Below are positions 54,898 to 64,000 of a stretch of DNA of 64,000 nucleotides, piece after piece (the stretch's first letter is position 1; each line of letters begins with the position of its first letter). The notes under the pieces are model-generated. The model made no database searches and was not told where the DNA came from. It was given only the letters and a program-made list of their open reading frames with translations. Source of the stretch: Bacteroidales bacterium (GTDB lineage: Bacteria; Bacteroidota; Bacteroidia; Bacteroidales; ML635J-15); NCBI GenBank assembly GCA_035343375.1, contig DAOQYW010000011.1, positions 1,178 to 65,177 of the forward strand. Direction: 5' to 3'. The translations under genes were made by a program, and so were the position numbers.

Positions 54898-56288
54898 TCT
54901 TTGCTGTCTTTATAATTTACAGGAATCTCAACATAAAAAATCGTTCCCACACCTAATTCAGACTCAACCCTAATTTTACCTTGCAGCAATTCTGTATTTT
55001 CTTTTGCTATGCATAACCCTAATCCAAGCCCTCCAAATTTTGCAGCAATTTGATCGTGTCCCTGACTAAATCTGGAGAATATTTTTTCAAAGTTTTCTTC
55101 TGATATTCCAATACCGGTATCTTTAACAAAAAAACAAACGTTTTCATCGTTAGATTTATAACAACCAAATTCAACACTCCCTTTCTCTGTGAACTTCAAC
55201 GCGTTTTCTATAAGATTGCCTAAAATTTTATTCAGCTTATGCAAATCTGATAATAAAATAATTTTCTCTAGAGGGGATTTTAACTTTAAATCTACATCCA
55301 ATTGTCTATTTACTGTAAAAATCAAAAACAAATCATTCAAAAAACTTTCCACATCTATTTTCTCAATATTCATCGAAATCTGACGTGTCTCAAGAAAAGA
55401 AATCTCTAGGATATCATCAATAACCTTTTGTAATGACTCTCCGCTATGAATTACGATATCAGCAAACTGGGTTCTTTTTTCATCTGAAATATTCTCTTTT
55501 TTAAATAATTTAGAGAATCCTATTATAGCATTAAGCGGAGTTCTTACTTCATGCGACATATTGTGAAGAAATTCATTTTTCAAGCTATTGCTCTCTTCTG
55601 CCTTTTGTTTTGCGATTATAAGTTCTTTTTGCTGTTCTTCCTGTTTTATCAAAATTTCCTTTAATTTAGAATTCGCCTGTTCCAAAATCAGATTGTTTTT
55701 GTGCTCAAGCTCTATCTTCTGTATTAACTTCGTTTGAATAATGTTATAAGCTATTAAAAATAAAAAACTCAAAAAAGCGTATAAACCAATAGATAAAATC
55801 CATGATGATGGTACTGTAGTTAATTTTTTATTATCTATTTCTAATGTCCAAATTTCTAAAACATAGAAAGCTCCAGAAATAGTAGCTATCAATATACAAA
55901 ATATAATAGAAATTAATGCTTGCCTTTTGTTCAGAAAAGCCACAGAAAAAGTCATGGCACTTAAAAGTAACATATATGAAGCACCGGTATATGCTCCAAC
56001 ATAAAAATTGAAAAAAGACATTGCAACCACAGAAGCAATTAATATATATGTTTTAATTTCATAATTTATTCTTCTGTAAAAAATTAAAACACTGATGATT
56101 GGTAAGAAGAAAATAAGATTGATTACACCGCTGAGGGTTATATCAACATAAAATGAAAAATAAACGTTAAAGAGAATAATAGGAATACCGACAAGACTAC
56201 TAAACAGCATTACCTTATACAACATGAAGTCTTTTACCTCATCGATATTCCCTTGTTTTATCAGATCTTTTTCAGATAGAATTTTCAC
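54894..56288 (-). CDS. Sensor histidine kinase, polytopic N-terminus + coiled coil + HisKA/HATPase_c, no receiver domain
   Basis: 464 aa with about 6 TM helices. H-box FLHNMSHEVRTPLNAIIGFS. NLIENALKFT, DTGIGI, and GGLGLGLCIAKE. Begins 1 nt after the stop of the upstream GH13 gene. Confidence 0.85.
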   Translation of the reverse strand: MKILSEKDLIKQGNIDEVKDFMLYKVMLFSSLVGIPIILFNVYFSFYVDITLSGVINLIFFLPIISVLIFYRRINYEIKTYILIASVVAMSFFNFYVGAYTGASYMLLLSAMTFSVAFLNKRQALISIIFCILIATISGAFYVLEIWTLEIDNKKLTTVPSSWILSIGLYAFLSFLFLIAYNIIQTKLIQKIELEHKNNLILEQANSKLKEILIKQEEQQKELIIAKQKAEESNSLKNEFLHNMSHEVRTPLNAIIGFSKLFKKENISDEKRTQFADIVIHSGESLQKVIDDILEISFLETRQISMNIEKIDVESFLNDLFLIFTVNRQLDVDLKLKSPLEKIILLSDLHKLNKILGNLIENALKFTEKGSVEFGCYKSNDENVCFFVKDTGIGISEENFEKIFSRFSQGHDQIAAKFGGLGLGLCIAKENTELLQGKIRVESELGVGTIFYVEIPVNYKDSKD

Positions 56289-56289
56289 T

Positions 56290-57669
56290 TTATTGTTTTA
56301 TTAAAACCAAATATTGCCAAGCATCAAACTCTATATTTTTCAAATCAGCAGCCGTATATTTTTCATCTGTCATATAATCAATATAATTTGCATTTTTATC
56401 TTTAATTTTAATCTCTGCTTTTGCCTTTTTATCAGAGAAATTAAAAACAGCAACAATTTCGTTTTCGGATTTTTTTCTTACAAATGCAAAAACCGGTGAC
56501 TTTTTCTTGCTGTGTATAATTTCAAAATCTCCACCATAAATTCCATTCCATAAAGCTATATTACTCTTTTTCAACTTATTAAGTTTTGTATAAAAATCCT
56601 GGAATTTATAATCGCCCCAGATAATAGTATCTTTATCAAAAAACTTCAGCCTTTTATCAAAACCTGCATCCTGTCCTGAGTACAACAATGGCATTCCCGG
56701 TAAAGTATAGCATAATACCGAAAAACAAAGTGCACCTTCACCATAACGCTCAAACTCTGTCCCATTCCATGAATTTTCATCATGATTTGTAGTAAATCTC
56801 ATTTTAATGCTTCCTTCGGGAAAATTCTTTGCCTCCCATTTCATTATTGTATCAATTTCGGTAACAGGCTTCTCTCCTTTTGCAATTTGATTCATTCCAT
56901 GAAGTAACCACCAAGAGTATGACATATCAAAAGCAGAAATATGGTGCTCCGGCTGCTCAGCTTCTGCTAACATAAAAACAGGCTTTACTTTATCGAGTTC
57001 TTCTCTCACTTCATTCCAAAAATCTGTCGGAACCATTTCGGCCACATCACATCTAAATCCGTCAATATCTGTTTCTGTTATCCAATATTTCATATCTTCA
57101 ATCATCGCAAGACGCATATCTTTGTTATCATAATTTAAATCAACTACATCTGCCCAGTCCTCCACCGGTGGAATATTGTTTCCTAATGAATCCTTAGTAT
57201 AGAAATCGGGGTGTTCACTCATCCAGACATGATCCCATGCTGTGTGATTTGCCACCCAATCAAGAATTACGTACATCCCATTTTCATGAGCTATTTTAAC
57301 AAGATTTTTAAAATCATCCAAATTTCCAAATTCCGGATTAACCTTTCTATAATCCCTGATTGAATAATATGATCCTGCACTTCCTTTTCGATTCAATACT
57401 CCTATTTCCTGAATTGGCATAATCCACAAAATATCTATACCCATTTCTTTTAATCTGGGGATATCTTTCGAGAATGCATTTAAAGTACCCTCAGCAGTAT
57501 GTTGCCGGACATTTACCTCATAAATGACAGCATTTTTTGCCCATTCTGGAAGCACTTTATCATAAGTGCTTTCTGTGGCAATATTTTTTTTGTTTTCATT
57601 TCTGTTATTACATCCAAACAAACTCAATAAAAAAGCAATAATAATCATAAACTTAATTGTTGTTCTCAT
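56290..57669 (-). CDS. GH13 alpha-amylase-family lipoprotein
   Basis: 459 aa, lipobox LFGCNN. GH13 regions VILDWVANH, DGFRCDVAEMV, MLAEAE, and FTTNHD. Confidence 0.85.
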   Translation of the reverse strand: MRTTIKFMIIIAFLLSLFGCNNRNENKKNIATESTYDKVLPEWAKNAVIYEVNVRQHTAEGTLNAFSKDIPRLKEMGIDILWIMPIQEIGVLNRKGSAGSYYSIRDYRKVNPEFGNLDDFKNLVKIAHENGMYVILDWVANHTAWDHVWMSEHPDFYTKDSLGNNIPPVEDWADVVDLNYDNKDMRLAMIEDMKYWITETDIDGFRCDVAEMVPTDFWNEVREELDKVKPVFMLAEAEQPEHHISAFDMSYSWWLLHGMNQIAKGEKPVTEIDTIMKWEAKNFPEGSIKMRFTTNHDENSWNGTEFERYGEGALCFSVLCYTLPGMPLLYSGQDAGFDKRLKFFDKDTIIWGDYKFQDFYTKLNKLKKSNIALWNGIYGGDFEIIHSKKKSPVFAFVRKKSENEIVAVFNFSDKKAKAEIKIKDKNANYIDYMTDEKYTAADLKNIEFDAWQYLVLIKQ

Positions 57670-57699
57670 ATCTTAATTCATATTCATTTAAAACTCTTA

Positions 57700-60081
57700 T
57701 TAATTTTTAATCAATATTTCGCAAGAAAGTGGTCTCAGTTTCAATTGAACACTTGTTTCATTTTCACTAATTTCAGAATCAAAAGCCTCTTTCAAACCAC
57801 TTATGTTTCCAATTACTGATTTAGGAATAAGCACATCTTTTATTTTATTGGATTGATTAAAAATTATAAAAGATTCGTGTTCAAAATACTTCCTTTTTAT
57901 AACAAGCAAGTTCTTCTCGGCTTGAATTACCGTTGTAGTGCCGAGAAGGAATTCAATATTGCTTTTTCTTATATGTATAAGTTTTGAAGTCTTGTCAAAA
58001 GTCTTTTTTTCAAAATCAGAAAGCTCGTCAAATTTCATCATTCTTCTATTATCTGGATCGCCAACTCCCGGCAATCCAATTTCATCGCCATAATATATGC
58101 AGGGGACTCCCGGAATTGACATAATGAATGCGGTCAAATTTATTAACTTTTGATACGACGATTCTTTCTCTACCATAATATCTCTATTCCAACCTGCTTC
58201 CTGGTCATCTTCACCGGGCTGTACCGACTCATCAGCCATATTTATAAACCTAATCATATCATGATTGCCGGTAATATTACCCATAAGATTATGATAACCA
58301 TAATAGTTTAATGAAGTTAACAGAGATTTTGCGAGAATTTTCATATCACTATCAATATTTGCAAAACAAATTCGTGCATCAAAATATAAATTAAAATCGA
58401 ACTGTGAATCCATCATTCCCGAACCTATGTAATTAGCGATGAGTTCTCGATTTCCAAATGTCTCACCTATTTGAAAGATAGCTTTATCCTGAAAGTCAGT
58501 TTTGATTTTTTTTGTAAGTAATCTCCAGAATGACTCCGGAATGTGTTTTGTTGCATCGTGTCTAAACCCATCTAAATTATATTTTTTAAGCCATAATACA
58601 GCAAACTGAGATATAGTATCAGCAACAACCTGATTATTAAAATCCCATGATGGCAAAAAGGTGTCAAACCATGTCGTCAATCTATGTTCTTCCCATATTC
58701 TTATATTTTTTCGTCCATCGTCAAGATTAAGCTGTGTAGCCCAATTTTTATTGTTTTGATAAAGGGGATTATCCTCATGAACGTGATTAGCTACAAAATC
58801 TAATATCACATTCATTTTTTTATCATGAGCAAAATCTACTAACGCTTTAAAAATACTGTCATTACCTAATCTATCATCAATTTCGGTTAATGAAATAGGC
58901 CAGTATCCATGATAACCAGAAAAATATCTATGGGGTTCAGGATATTCCATATAAGCTTTTTCAGGATTTTTAAACAAAGGAGAAATCCACAGGCAGTTTA
59001 TACCGAGTTTGTCAAAATAACCCTCTTTTAGTTTCTCTAAGACTCCATACAAATCTCCACCCTGATAGTTTGCTTTATCCGCTACACGATTATCAGATAA
59101 TTTCCGGTCATTCTCACTACAGCCATTATAAAACCGATCTGCCAAAATAAAATACATGATATTGGAAAATTTATCCTGCCTAACAATATCCTTTATGTCA
59201 TCTATTACTTTTCCGTTTTTAAGAGGAATAAACAAATCATTTGCCACACAATTCTCATAACAGGCAAAAACACGAATATAGCTTCGGTCTAATTCTTCTG
59301 CCTGATCAGGAATTTCGAAAGTGTAATTCCCTGATTCCAAATTCTTTAAATTATTGGGAATAATTTGATTTTGCCAAAGAACAATTAATTTATCAGGAGT
59401 TTCAGATAACCCGATAGTTATTTTGTTGTCCTCAAAATATGAAGTTTCTAATTTAAAATTTAAAGTATTACAGTTTTGAAATGCATCGAGTATGGTATTA
59501 TATCCACCCAATCCATTTGGGATTGTATCTCCGGATTTAGAATTGTTAAGATATTTTCCATCAGCCACTATTTGGTACTTATACAAACCACAATCTAAGT
59601 TTAGTGATAGTTTCCAAATACCATCATCTTGTTTCATTTCATAATTTTCAGAATTCCAAGAATTAAAATCACCGGCAACTCTCACATCAGAATATTCTTG
59701 ATCTATCTCGGGAATAAATATTATTTCAACTGTTTCGCGACAAGTTTTTTTACAAATTATTGAATATAAATACCCCTGACTTTCAATACTTATTTCAGAT
59801 AATGGAGGAATATCGTCAAAATCAGATGTGATAGTTAATGTATTATTTTCGGAATTATATACATAGTTACTGTTTTCGTAATAAACAGAATCAATTAAAG
59901 AAAAGTCAAGAATATAATCATTAAGATTAATTACATTTTCGCCGGGTTTAAGAATTACAACAGATGCCAACTCGTTTATTGGATCGTTCTTTTGATTAAA
60001 CGTTTCTTTGGTTGACTTATTGCAACTAACCAAACTGAGTAACACAAAAACAATAAAAATCGAAGCTCTTACTTTACACAT
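57700..60081 (-). CDS. GH13-family glycosidase with N-terminal E-set/CBM48-like domain (pullulanase/neopullulanase-type), lipoprotein
   Basis: 793 aa, lipobox LVSCNK. VRVAGDFNSWN...DGIWKL...GLYKYQIVADG (CBM48-like). GH13 regions DRFYNG, VILDFVANH, DGFRHDATKH, GETFG, and GNHDMIRF. Confidence 0.85.
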   Translation of the reverse strand: MCKVRASIFIVFVLLSLVSCNKSTKETFNQKNDPINELASVVILKPGENVINLNDYILDFSLIDSVYYENSNYVYNSENNTLTITSDFDDIPPLSEISIESQGYLYSIICKKTCRETVEIIFIPEIDQEYSDVRVAGDFNSWNSENYEMKQDDGIWKLSLNLDCGLYKYQIVADGKYLNNSKSGDTIPNGLGGYNTILDAFQNCNTLNFKLETSYFEDNKITIGLSETPDKLIVLWQNQIIPNNLKNLESGNYTFEIPDQAEELDRSYIRVFACYENCVANDLFIPLKNGKVIDDIKDIVRQDKFSNIMYFILADRFYNGCSENDRKLSDNRVADKANYQGGDLYGVLEKLKEGYFDKLGINCLWISPLFKNPEKAYMEYPEPHRYFSGYHGYWPISLTEIDDRLGNDSIFKALVDFAHDKKMNVILDFVANHVHEDNPLYQNNKNWATQLNLDDGRKNIRIWEEHRLTTWFDTFLPSWDFNNQVVADTISQFAVLWLKKYNLDGFRHDATKHIPESFWRLLTKKIKTDFQDKAIFQIGETFGNRELIANYIGSGMMDSQFDFNLYFDARICFANIDSDMKILAKSLLTSLNYYGYHNLMGNITGNHDMIRFINMADESVQPGEDDQEAGWNRDIMVEKESSYQKLINLTAFIMSIPGVPCIYYGDEIGLPGVGDPDNRRMMKFDELSDFEKKTFDKTSKLIHIRKSNIEFLLGTTTVIQAEKNLLVIKRKYFEHESFIIFNQSNKIKDVLIPKSVIGNISGLKEAFDSEISENETSVQLKLRPLSCEILIKN

Positions 60082-60707
60082 GTCACTGAATAGTCTTTGT
60101 TAATAAAAATATCCGTCTTTGGTCTTAAAGATAATACTGTCTTATGTTCCTGCTCAAGAATTTTCCATCTTAATTCATCCGAATTTTCTTTTCCCCGTAA
60201 TGATTGAGCTTTTTTCGTTTCATGATATGTAAGATCTATATATACATTTAAATCCGAGTTATTTGAATTTATTGCATATAATCCATCAATTATCAATATT
60301 TTAATCTTTGAAAAATCAGTAATTAGCTCATCAATATCATCAGGTACTAAGTCTACACAAGGCATTTTCGCAATTTTATTATTTATAAATCCTTCCACGT
60401 TCTCATTCAATTTATCCCAATCTATTTCATTGAGCCCAACATTTTCAATTCCATTATCAATTCGCCATTGATTACGCTGATGTGGATGAACCTTGTAATA
60501 ATTATCCGAATGTAATATTTTGGTCGGTATTTTATGGATTTTAACCAATTCTTTTCCTATGCAATGAGAAACCTCAGATTTACCACTACCAGACTCCCCT
60601 GAAATACAGACAATAATTTTGTCTTTCTCTATTTTTAATAATTCCTCAACTATTTTCTTCGCTGCCAATAAATGCTTGTCTTCGATTAATAATACGTCTC
60701 CTAACAT
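60069..60707 (-). CDS. P-loop kinase of the uridine kinase/phosphoribulokinase family, substrate unknown
   Basis: 212 aa. Walker A ISGESGSGKSE, HSDNYY, and IIDGLYA motifs. The 3' end overlaps the GH13 start by 13 nt. Confidence 0.6.
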   Translation of the reverse strand: MLGDVLLIEDKHLLAAKKIVEELLKIEKDKIIVCISGESGSGKSEVSHCIGKELVKIHKIPTKILHSDNYYKVHPHQRNQWRIDNGIENVGLNEIDWDKLNENVEGFINNKIAKMPCVDLVPDDIDELITDFSKIKILIIDGLYAINSNNSDLNVYIDLTYHETKKAQSLRGKENSDELRWKILEQEHKTVLSLRPKTDIFINKDYSVTCVK

Positions 60708-60946
60708 ATACAGAATAAATTGTTTCAGATAGCGAATATACTCATTAAATCTTTTCTTAAAACGTATTTTAAACCAACAATGGCAAATTGTTAATAAAAA
60801 TGTTTATTTTTTGGTTTTAATATTTGAATTTTTTGTACATTTGTTCAATGTATTGTATTCATTTTATAAATTAATACATCTACATTTTTGACAAAATGAT
60901 GATATCTAATCAATTTTTACGAAATTTGAATTATAAAAAAAATAAT

Positions 60947-62434
60947 ATGAAAATAAAACTACAATTTTTGGCAGCAATAATCCTTTTGAGTTTGGTTTCA
61001 AATGCACAATATCAAACTGGGAAAAAGACTATTACCTATACAGATCCTGACAGAAATAACCGACAAATAGAAACAGTAATATATTATCCTTCGACAACAG
61101 GAGGTACTGATGCTGCGATTGCTTCGGGACAATTTCCTGCAATAATTTTTGGTCATGGTACAGCAATGGCTGATCCAAATTTATATCTATATTTTTTGGA
61201 AGCATTACCCACTTACGGATATATAGTTCTATTTCCAACTACCGAAAGTGCAAGTCCTCCTATTGCATCGCCGAATCATGAAGCTTTTGGACTAGATTTA
61301 AAATTCTTAAATCTGAAAATCAAATCTGAAAATACCAATTCTGGTTCACTCTTCTTTAATCATGTAACAGATAAAACAGCTATCATTGGTCATTCGCTTG
61401 GTGGTAAGGCAACATTAATAGGTGCTGCCAATAATAATGAAGTAACTACTATAGTTACTTTATGTGCTGCATTAAGCAATCCGCCCTGGCCATACGGTGG
61501 GGGCTATGATGCTATAACTAACAGTATCCCTTATATTACTGTTCCCAGTCTTGTTGTTGACGCAGAATTTGACTGTGTTGTTGAAAGTGATGCAGGAAGA
61601 CATCTTACTTATGAGTTATTGAATGTGGATTGTAAAACATATGTAAGCATCAATGGTGGCGGACATTGTTATATGGCTTCATCAGATGCAAGTTCATGTG
61701 AAACTGCAGAAGGATGGATGGGTGGTAATTGCGAATCAAGTTTTACAATTTCACGTGAGCAACAAAACCAAACAGTACTTGACATTCTATTGCCTTATTT
61801 TGGGTATTACTTGTTAGAAGACGAAGCATCATATTCTGAATTTTTGTGTTACATAACTACAAGTAATGCTGTAATTTCGGAACGTTCATGCGACTTACCG
61901 GATGCAGAAATTTCTGGCATTGATATCAATAATGTTGTAGAAGACATAACTGTTCCATATGGAACAAGCCTTAGTACAGCTACAAATCTGCTCGCTCAAC
62001 AAATTACAATAGACGACATATATGGTGTTACTCATAATGTTAACTTATCCTGGTCGGTATCAGGATATAATGGAAATATTGCTGGCGATTATAATGCTTC
62101 AGGAAATTTTAACTTACCGGCATGCATTGTTCAAACGTCTCCTCCAACTAATTTGAATGTTGAAGCTACAATCACAGTAGAAGAAAACACATCGGGAATT
62201 CCTCTCTTACAAATAAATGGTATTTCCCTGTATCCAAATCCTATATCTGATTTTCTCTTTTACGACAAAAGTGAAATATCTGATGATAACTACCTCGAAA
62301 TATATAATATCTATGGAGAACTGATATTAAGGGAATACATTGAGAACAAGGGGTCTATTAATCTTAGTAATCTTAGTTCAGGAATGTATATGATAAAAGT
62401 CAGAGATAGCTACTTAAAATTGATTAAAAATTAA
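60947..62434 (+). CDS. Secreted alpha/beta-hydrolase (polyesterase/lipase/dienelactone-hydrolase-like) with Ig-like linker domain and type A T9SS CTD
   Basis: Start at MKIKLQFLAAIILLSLVSNAQ. VIYYP...FPAIIFGHG, nucleophile elbow GHSLGG (Ser codon 61394-61396), and candidate catalytic His in GGGHCY. C-terminus LYPNPISDFLFY...GMYMIKVRDSYLKLIKN matches the Por secretion tail. Confidence 0.7.
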   Translation: MKIKLQFLAAIILLSLVSNAQYQTGKKTITYTDPDRNNRQIETVIYYPSTTGGTDAAIASGQFPAIIFGHGTAMADPNLYLYFLEALPTYGYIVLFPTTESASPPIASPNHEAFGLDLKFLNLKIKSENTNSGSLFFNHVTDKTAIIGHSLGGKATLIGAANNNEVTTIVTLCAALSNPPWPYGGGYDAITNSIPYITVPSLVVDAEFDCVVESDAGRHLTYELLNVDCKTYVSINGGGHCYMASSDASSCETAEGWMGGNCESSFTISREQQNQTVLDILLPYFGYYLLEDEASYSEFLCYITTSNAVISERSCDLPDAEISGIDINNVVEDITVPYGTSLSTATNLLAQQITIDDIYGVTHNVNLSWSVSGYNGNIAGDYNASGNFNLPACIVQTSPPTNLNVEATITVEENTSGIPLLQINGISLYPNPISDFLFYDKSEISDDNYLEIYNIYGELILREYIENKGSINLSNLSSGMYMIKVRDSYLKLIKN

Positions 62435-62472
62435 ATAAAGATAGAGTATTTATAAACTTTAGTTATAACAGT

Positions 62473-64000
62473 CTATAAATCAATATTCCACCACTCGTCT
62501 TTATCAATAACACAAGGAGTGTTATATATTCTTAACCCGACATCATTATTGGTTTTAATTTTAAATGAATCGTGATTAATAATCATTTTATAATGAATAT
62601 TTCTAAACATAAAATTAAATCTGCAACGATGCCATAAATTTGGCAAAGCCGGTGAAACAGACAAAACTTTATCTCTAAAATCTATTCCGGCATATGAGTT
62701 AAGTATGTGCATTACTGTTGCTGTCATAACCCCTGCGTGAATTCCTTCAGATGTAGTTCCACCCTGAATATCACTATAATCACTAATCAGAGCTTCATGA
62801 AAAATATTTTCAGCTACATCTTTCAAGTCCCATTTGTGAGCAAGATATGCATGAACTACCCGACTTAAACTACTACCATGACTTGTGCGACTAACATAAT
62901 AATAAAAGTTCTTAATTTTATATTCTTGTGGCAATTCATATCCTAATCCGGCAATAGTTTCATTTATTTCCTTATCAGTAAGGTTATAAAATATCATCAA
63001 AGTATCCGCCTGTTTCGACAATTTATAATCATCAGGATTTAAACCTTCTGACTTTAATATTCTGTCTAGTCTGTATATGTCACCGTATTTCTGTTTATAG
63101 GCAACCCAGTCGAGTTCTTTTAAATCAAAGTAGCCATCAAACTGTTCAATTATTCCTTCTTCGTTAAATTTTATCGAAAGGTTTTCACTTACATCAGTCC
63201 ACTTATCAATTTCCGAATTATTTGGAAGGAATCCGGCATTCGAAATCAACTCGCTTTGCTTATAAAAAATACTAATTGTTTGTCTCAACAACCATGCAAG
63301 CATTACATTAGTATAAGCATTGTCTTTTAACCCGCCCTTTTCAGAATTTGGATATTTTTCATGAAATTCATCCGGTCCCATCATATTTTCAGTATGATAA
63401 CGAAAATCCCTGGCAGAATATTTACAGGCAGAAACAAAAAATCTGCAAATCTCCGTCAACATTTCGAATCCGAAATTTCTTAAAAAATCTTTATCATCAG
63501 TTGCCTGATAATATCTTATAATATTTAATCCAATGGCAAGAGAAACATGTCTTTGGTTCCTGCTATAGTCAGCTCCCCAAAGTCCTGATTTTGGATTAAG
63601 ATGTATTTCCTGAGTTTCTTCTTCACCTGTGCTACCACTTTGCCATGGAAACATCGCTCCCAAATAGCCATTTAGTTTGGCGTAGCTACGAGCAGCTTCA
63701 AGCCTTTTGTAACGATACATAAGCATCGATTTCGTCACCTCAGGAAAATGAATATTGTAAAATGGAAATACATACAACTCATCCCAGAAAATATGACCTC
63801 TGTATGCTTCCCCATGTAAACCTCTGGCTCCTATGCTTACATCTGCATCAACACTGTGTTCCGAAGCAGAAACTAAAAGATGATAAATATGAAGTCTTAC
63901 AAGCTTTTGACTTAGCCTGTCGCCTTCGATTTCAATATCCGCTTTTTTCCAAATTTTTGCCCATTCAGATGCAGACTTGCTAACTAAATCGCTGAAATGA
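62473..64000 (-). CDS. GH65-family glycoside phosphorylase (maltose/kojibiose/trehalose phosphorylase-like); the 5' end runs off the right window edge
   Basis: The track ORF starts at a TTG (63777), but the frame stays open to base 64000. Upstream residues ...GARGLHGEAYRGHIFWDELYVFPFY... are the conserved GH65 catalytic-domain entry motif. Downstream: MFPWQSGSTGEEETQ and SHGSSLS. Confidence 0.85.
   Translation of the reverse strand, partial: HFSDLVSKSASEWAKIWKKADIEIEGDRLSQKLVRLHIYHLLVSASEHSVDADVSIGARGLHGEAYRGHIFWDELYVFPFYNIHFPEVTKSMLMYRYKRLEAARSYAKLNGYLGAMFPWQSGSTGEEETQEIHLNPKSGLWGADYSRNQRHVSLAIGLNIIRYYQATDDKDFLRNFGFEMLTEICRFFVSACKYSARDFRYHTENMMGPDEFHEKYPNSEKGGLKDNAYTNVMLAWLLRQTISIFYKQSELISNAGFLPNNSEIDKWTDVSENLSIKFNEEGIIEQFDGYFDLKELDWVAYKQKYGDIYRLDRILKSEGLNPDDYKLSKQADTLMIFYNLTDKEINETIAGLGYELPQEYKIKNFYYYVSRTSHGSSLSRVVHAYLAHKWDLKDVAENIFHEALISDYSDIQGGTTSEGIHAGVMTATVMHILNSYAGIDFRDKVLSVSPALPNLWHRCRFNFMFRNIHYKMIINHDSFKIKTNNDVGLRIYNTPCVIDKDEWWNIDL

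Noticed and set aside
60776-60792. Palindrome AACAAT-GGCAA-ATTGTT in the divergent kinase/esterase intergenic region as an operator
   Set aside because: It has only 6-bp arms in very AT-rich DNA, and no regulator is encoded nearby. It cannot be distinguished from chance.
1-64000. CRISPR arrays, IS elements, integrases at the two tRNA genes, prophage, toxin-antitoxin or retron/DGR modules
   Set aside because: I saw no direct-repeat/spacer periodicity. No transposase, integrase or reverse-transcriptase-like ORFs are present. Both tRNA flanks contain ordinary core genes.

Overview
This is an AT-rich, densely coded chromosomal segment that looks like Bacteroidota. The taxon call is an inference from type IX secretion genes, TAnnTTTG-type -7 boxes and lipoprotein-rich content. 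I support about 52 protein-coding genes (two truncated by the window edges), 2 tRNAs (Leu-UAG, Ser-GGA), several intrinsic terminators and a few candidate promoters. I saw no transposase, integrase, CRISPR array, prophage or recognisable defence island.

The dominant theme is type IX secretion (T9SS):
- a complete porP-porK-porL-porM-porN operon (23.6-29.9 kb);
- a PorW/SprE-like TPR lipoprotein next to the PorX response regulator (6.5-10.9 kb);
- three predicted T9SS cargo proteins: a 1514-aa CUB/P-domain/Cys-repeat/PKD protein with a type B C-terminal sorting domain (CTD), a 1488-aa secreted Reg_prop beta-propeller/Cys-repeat protein with a type A CTD, and an alpha/beta-hydrolase with a type A CTD.

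The rest is housekeeping or envelope function: tig, glmS, panCD, radA, PBP1A, topA, dprA, tatD, truA, an aminotransferase, MlaEF, ExbB/ExbD, a TonB-dependent receptor, and a GH13/GH13/GH65 alpha-glucan cluster.

I did not find a convincing, wholly novel multi-gene system. The best leads are:
- the porW-porX-tsaE-orphan kinase block;
- the TonB receptor plus small His-rich membrane protein pair;
- the P-loop kinase coupled to the GH13 genes;
- the T9SS-exported esterase;
- the unusual domain mixes of the two giant cargo proteins.

All family assignments come from reading motifs in the translated ORFs. No database search was run.
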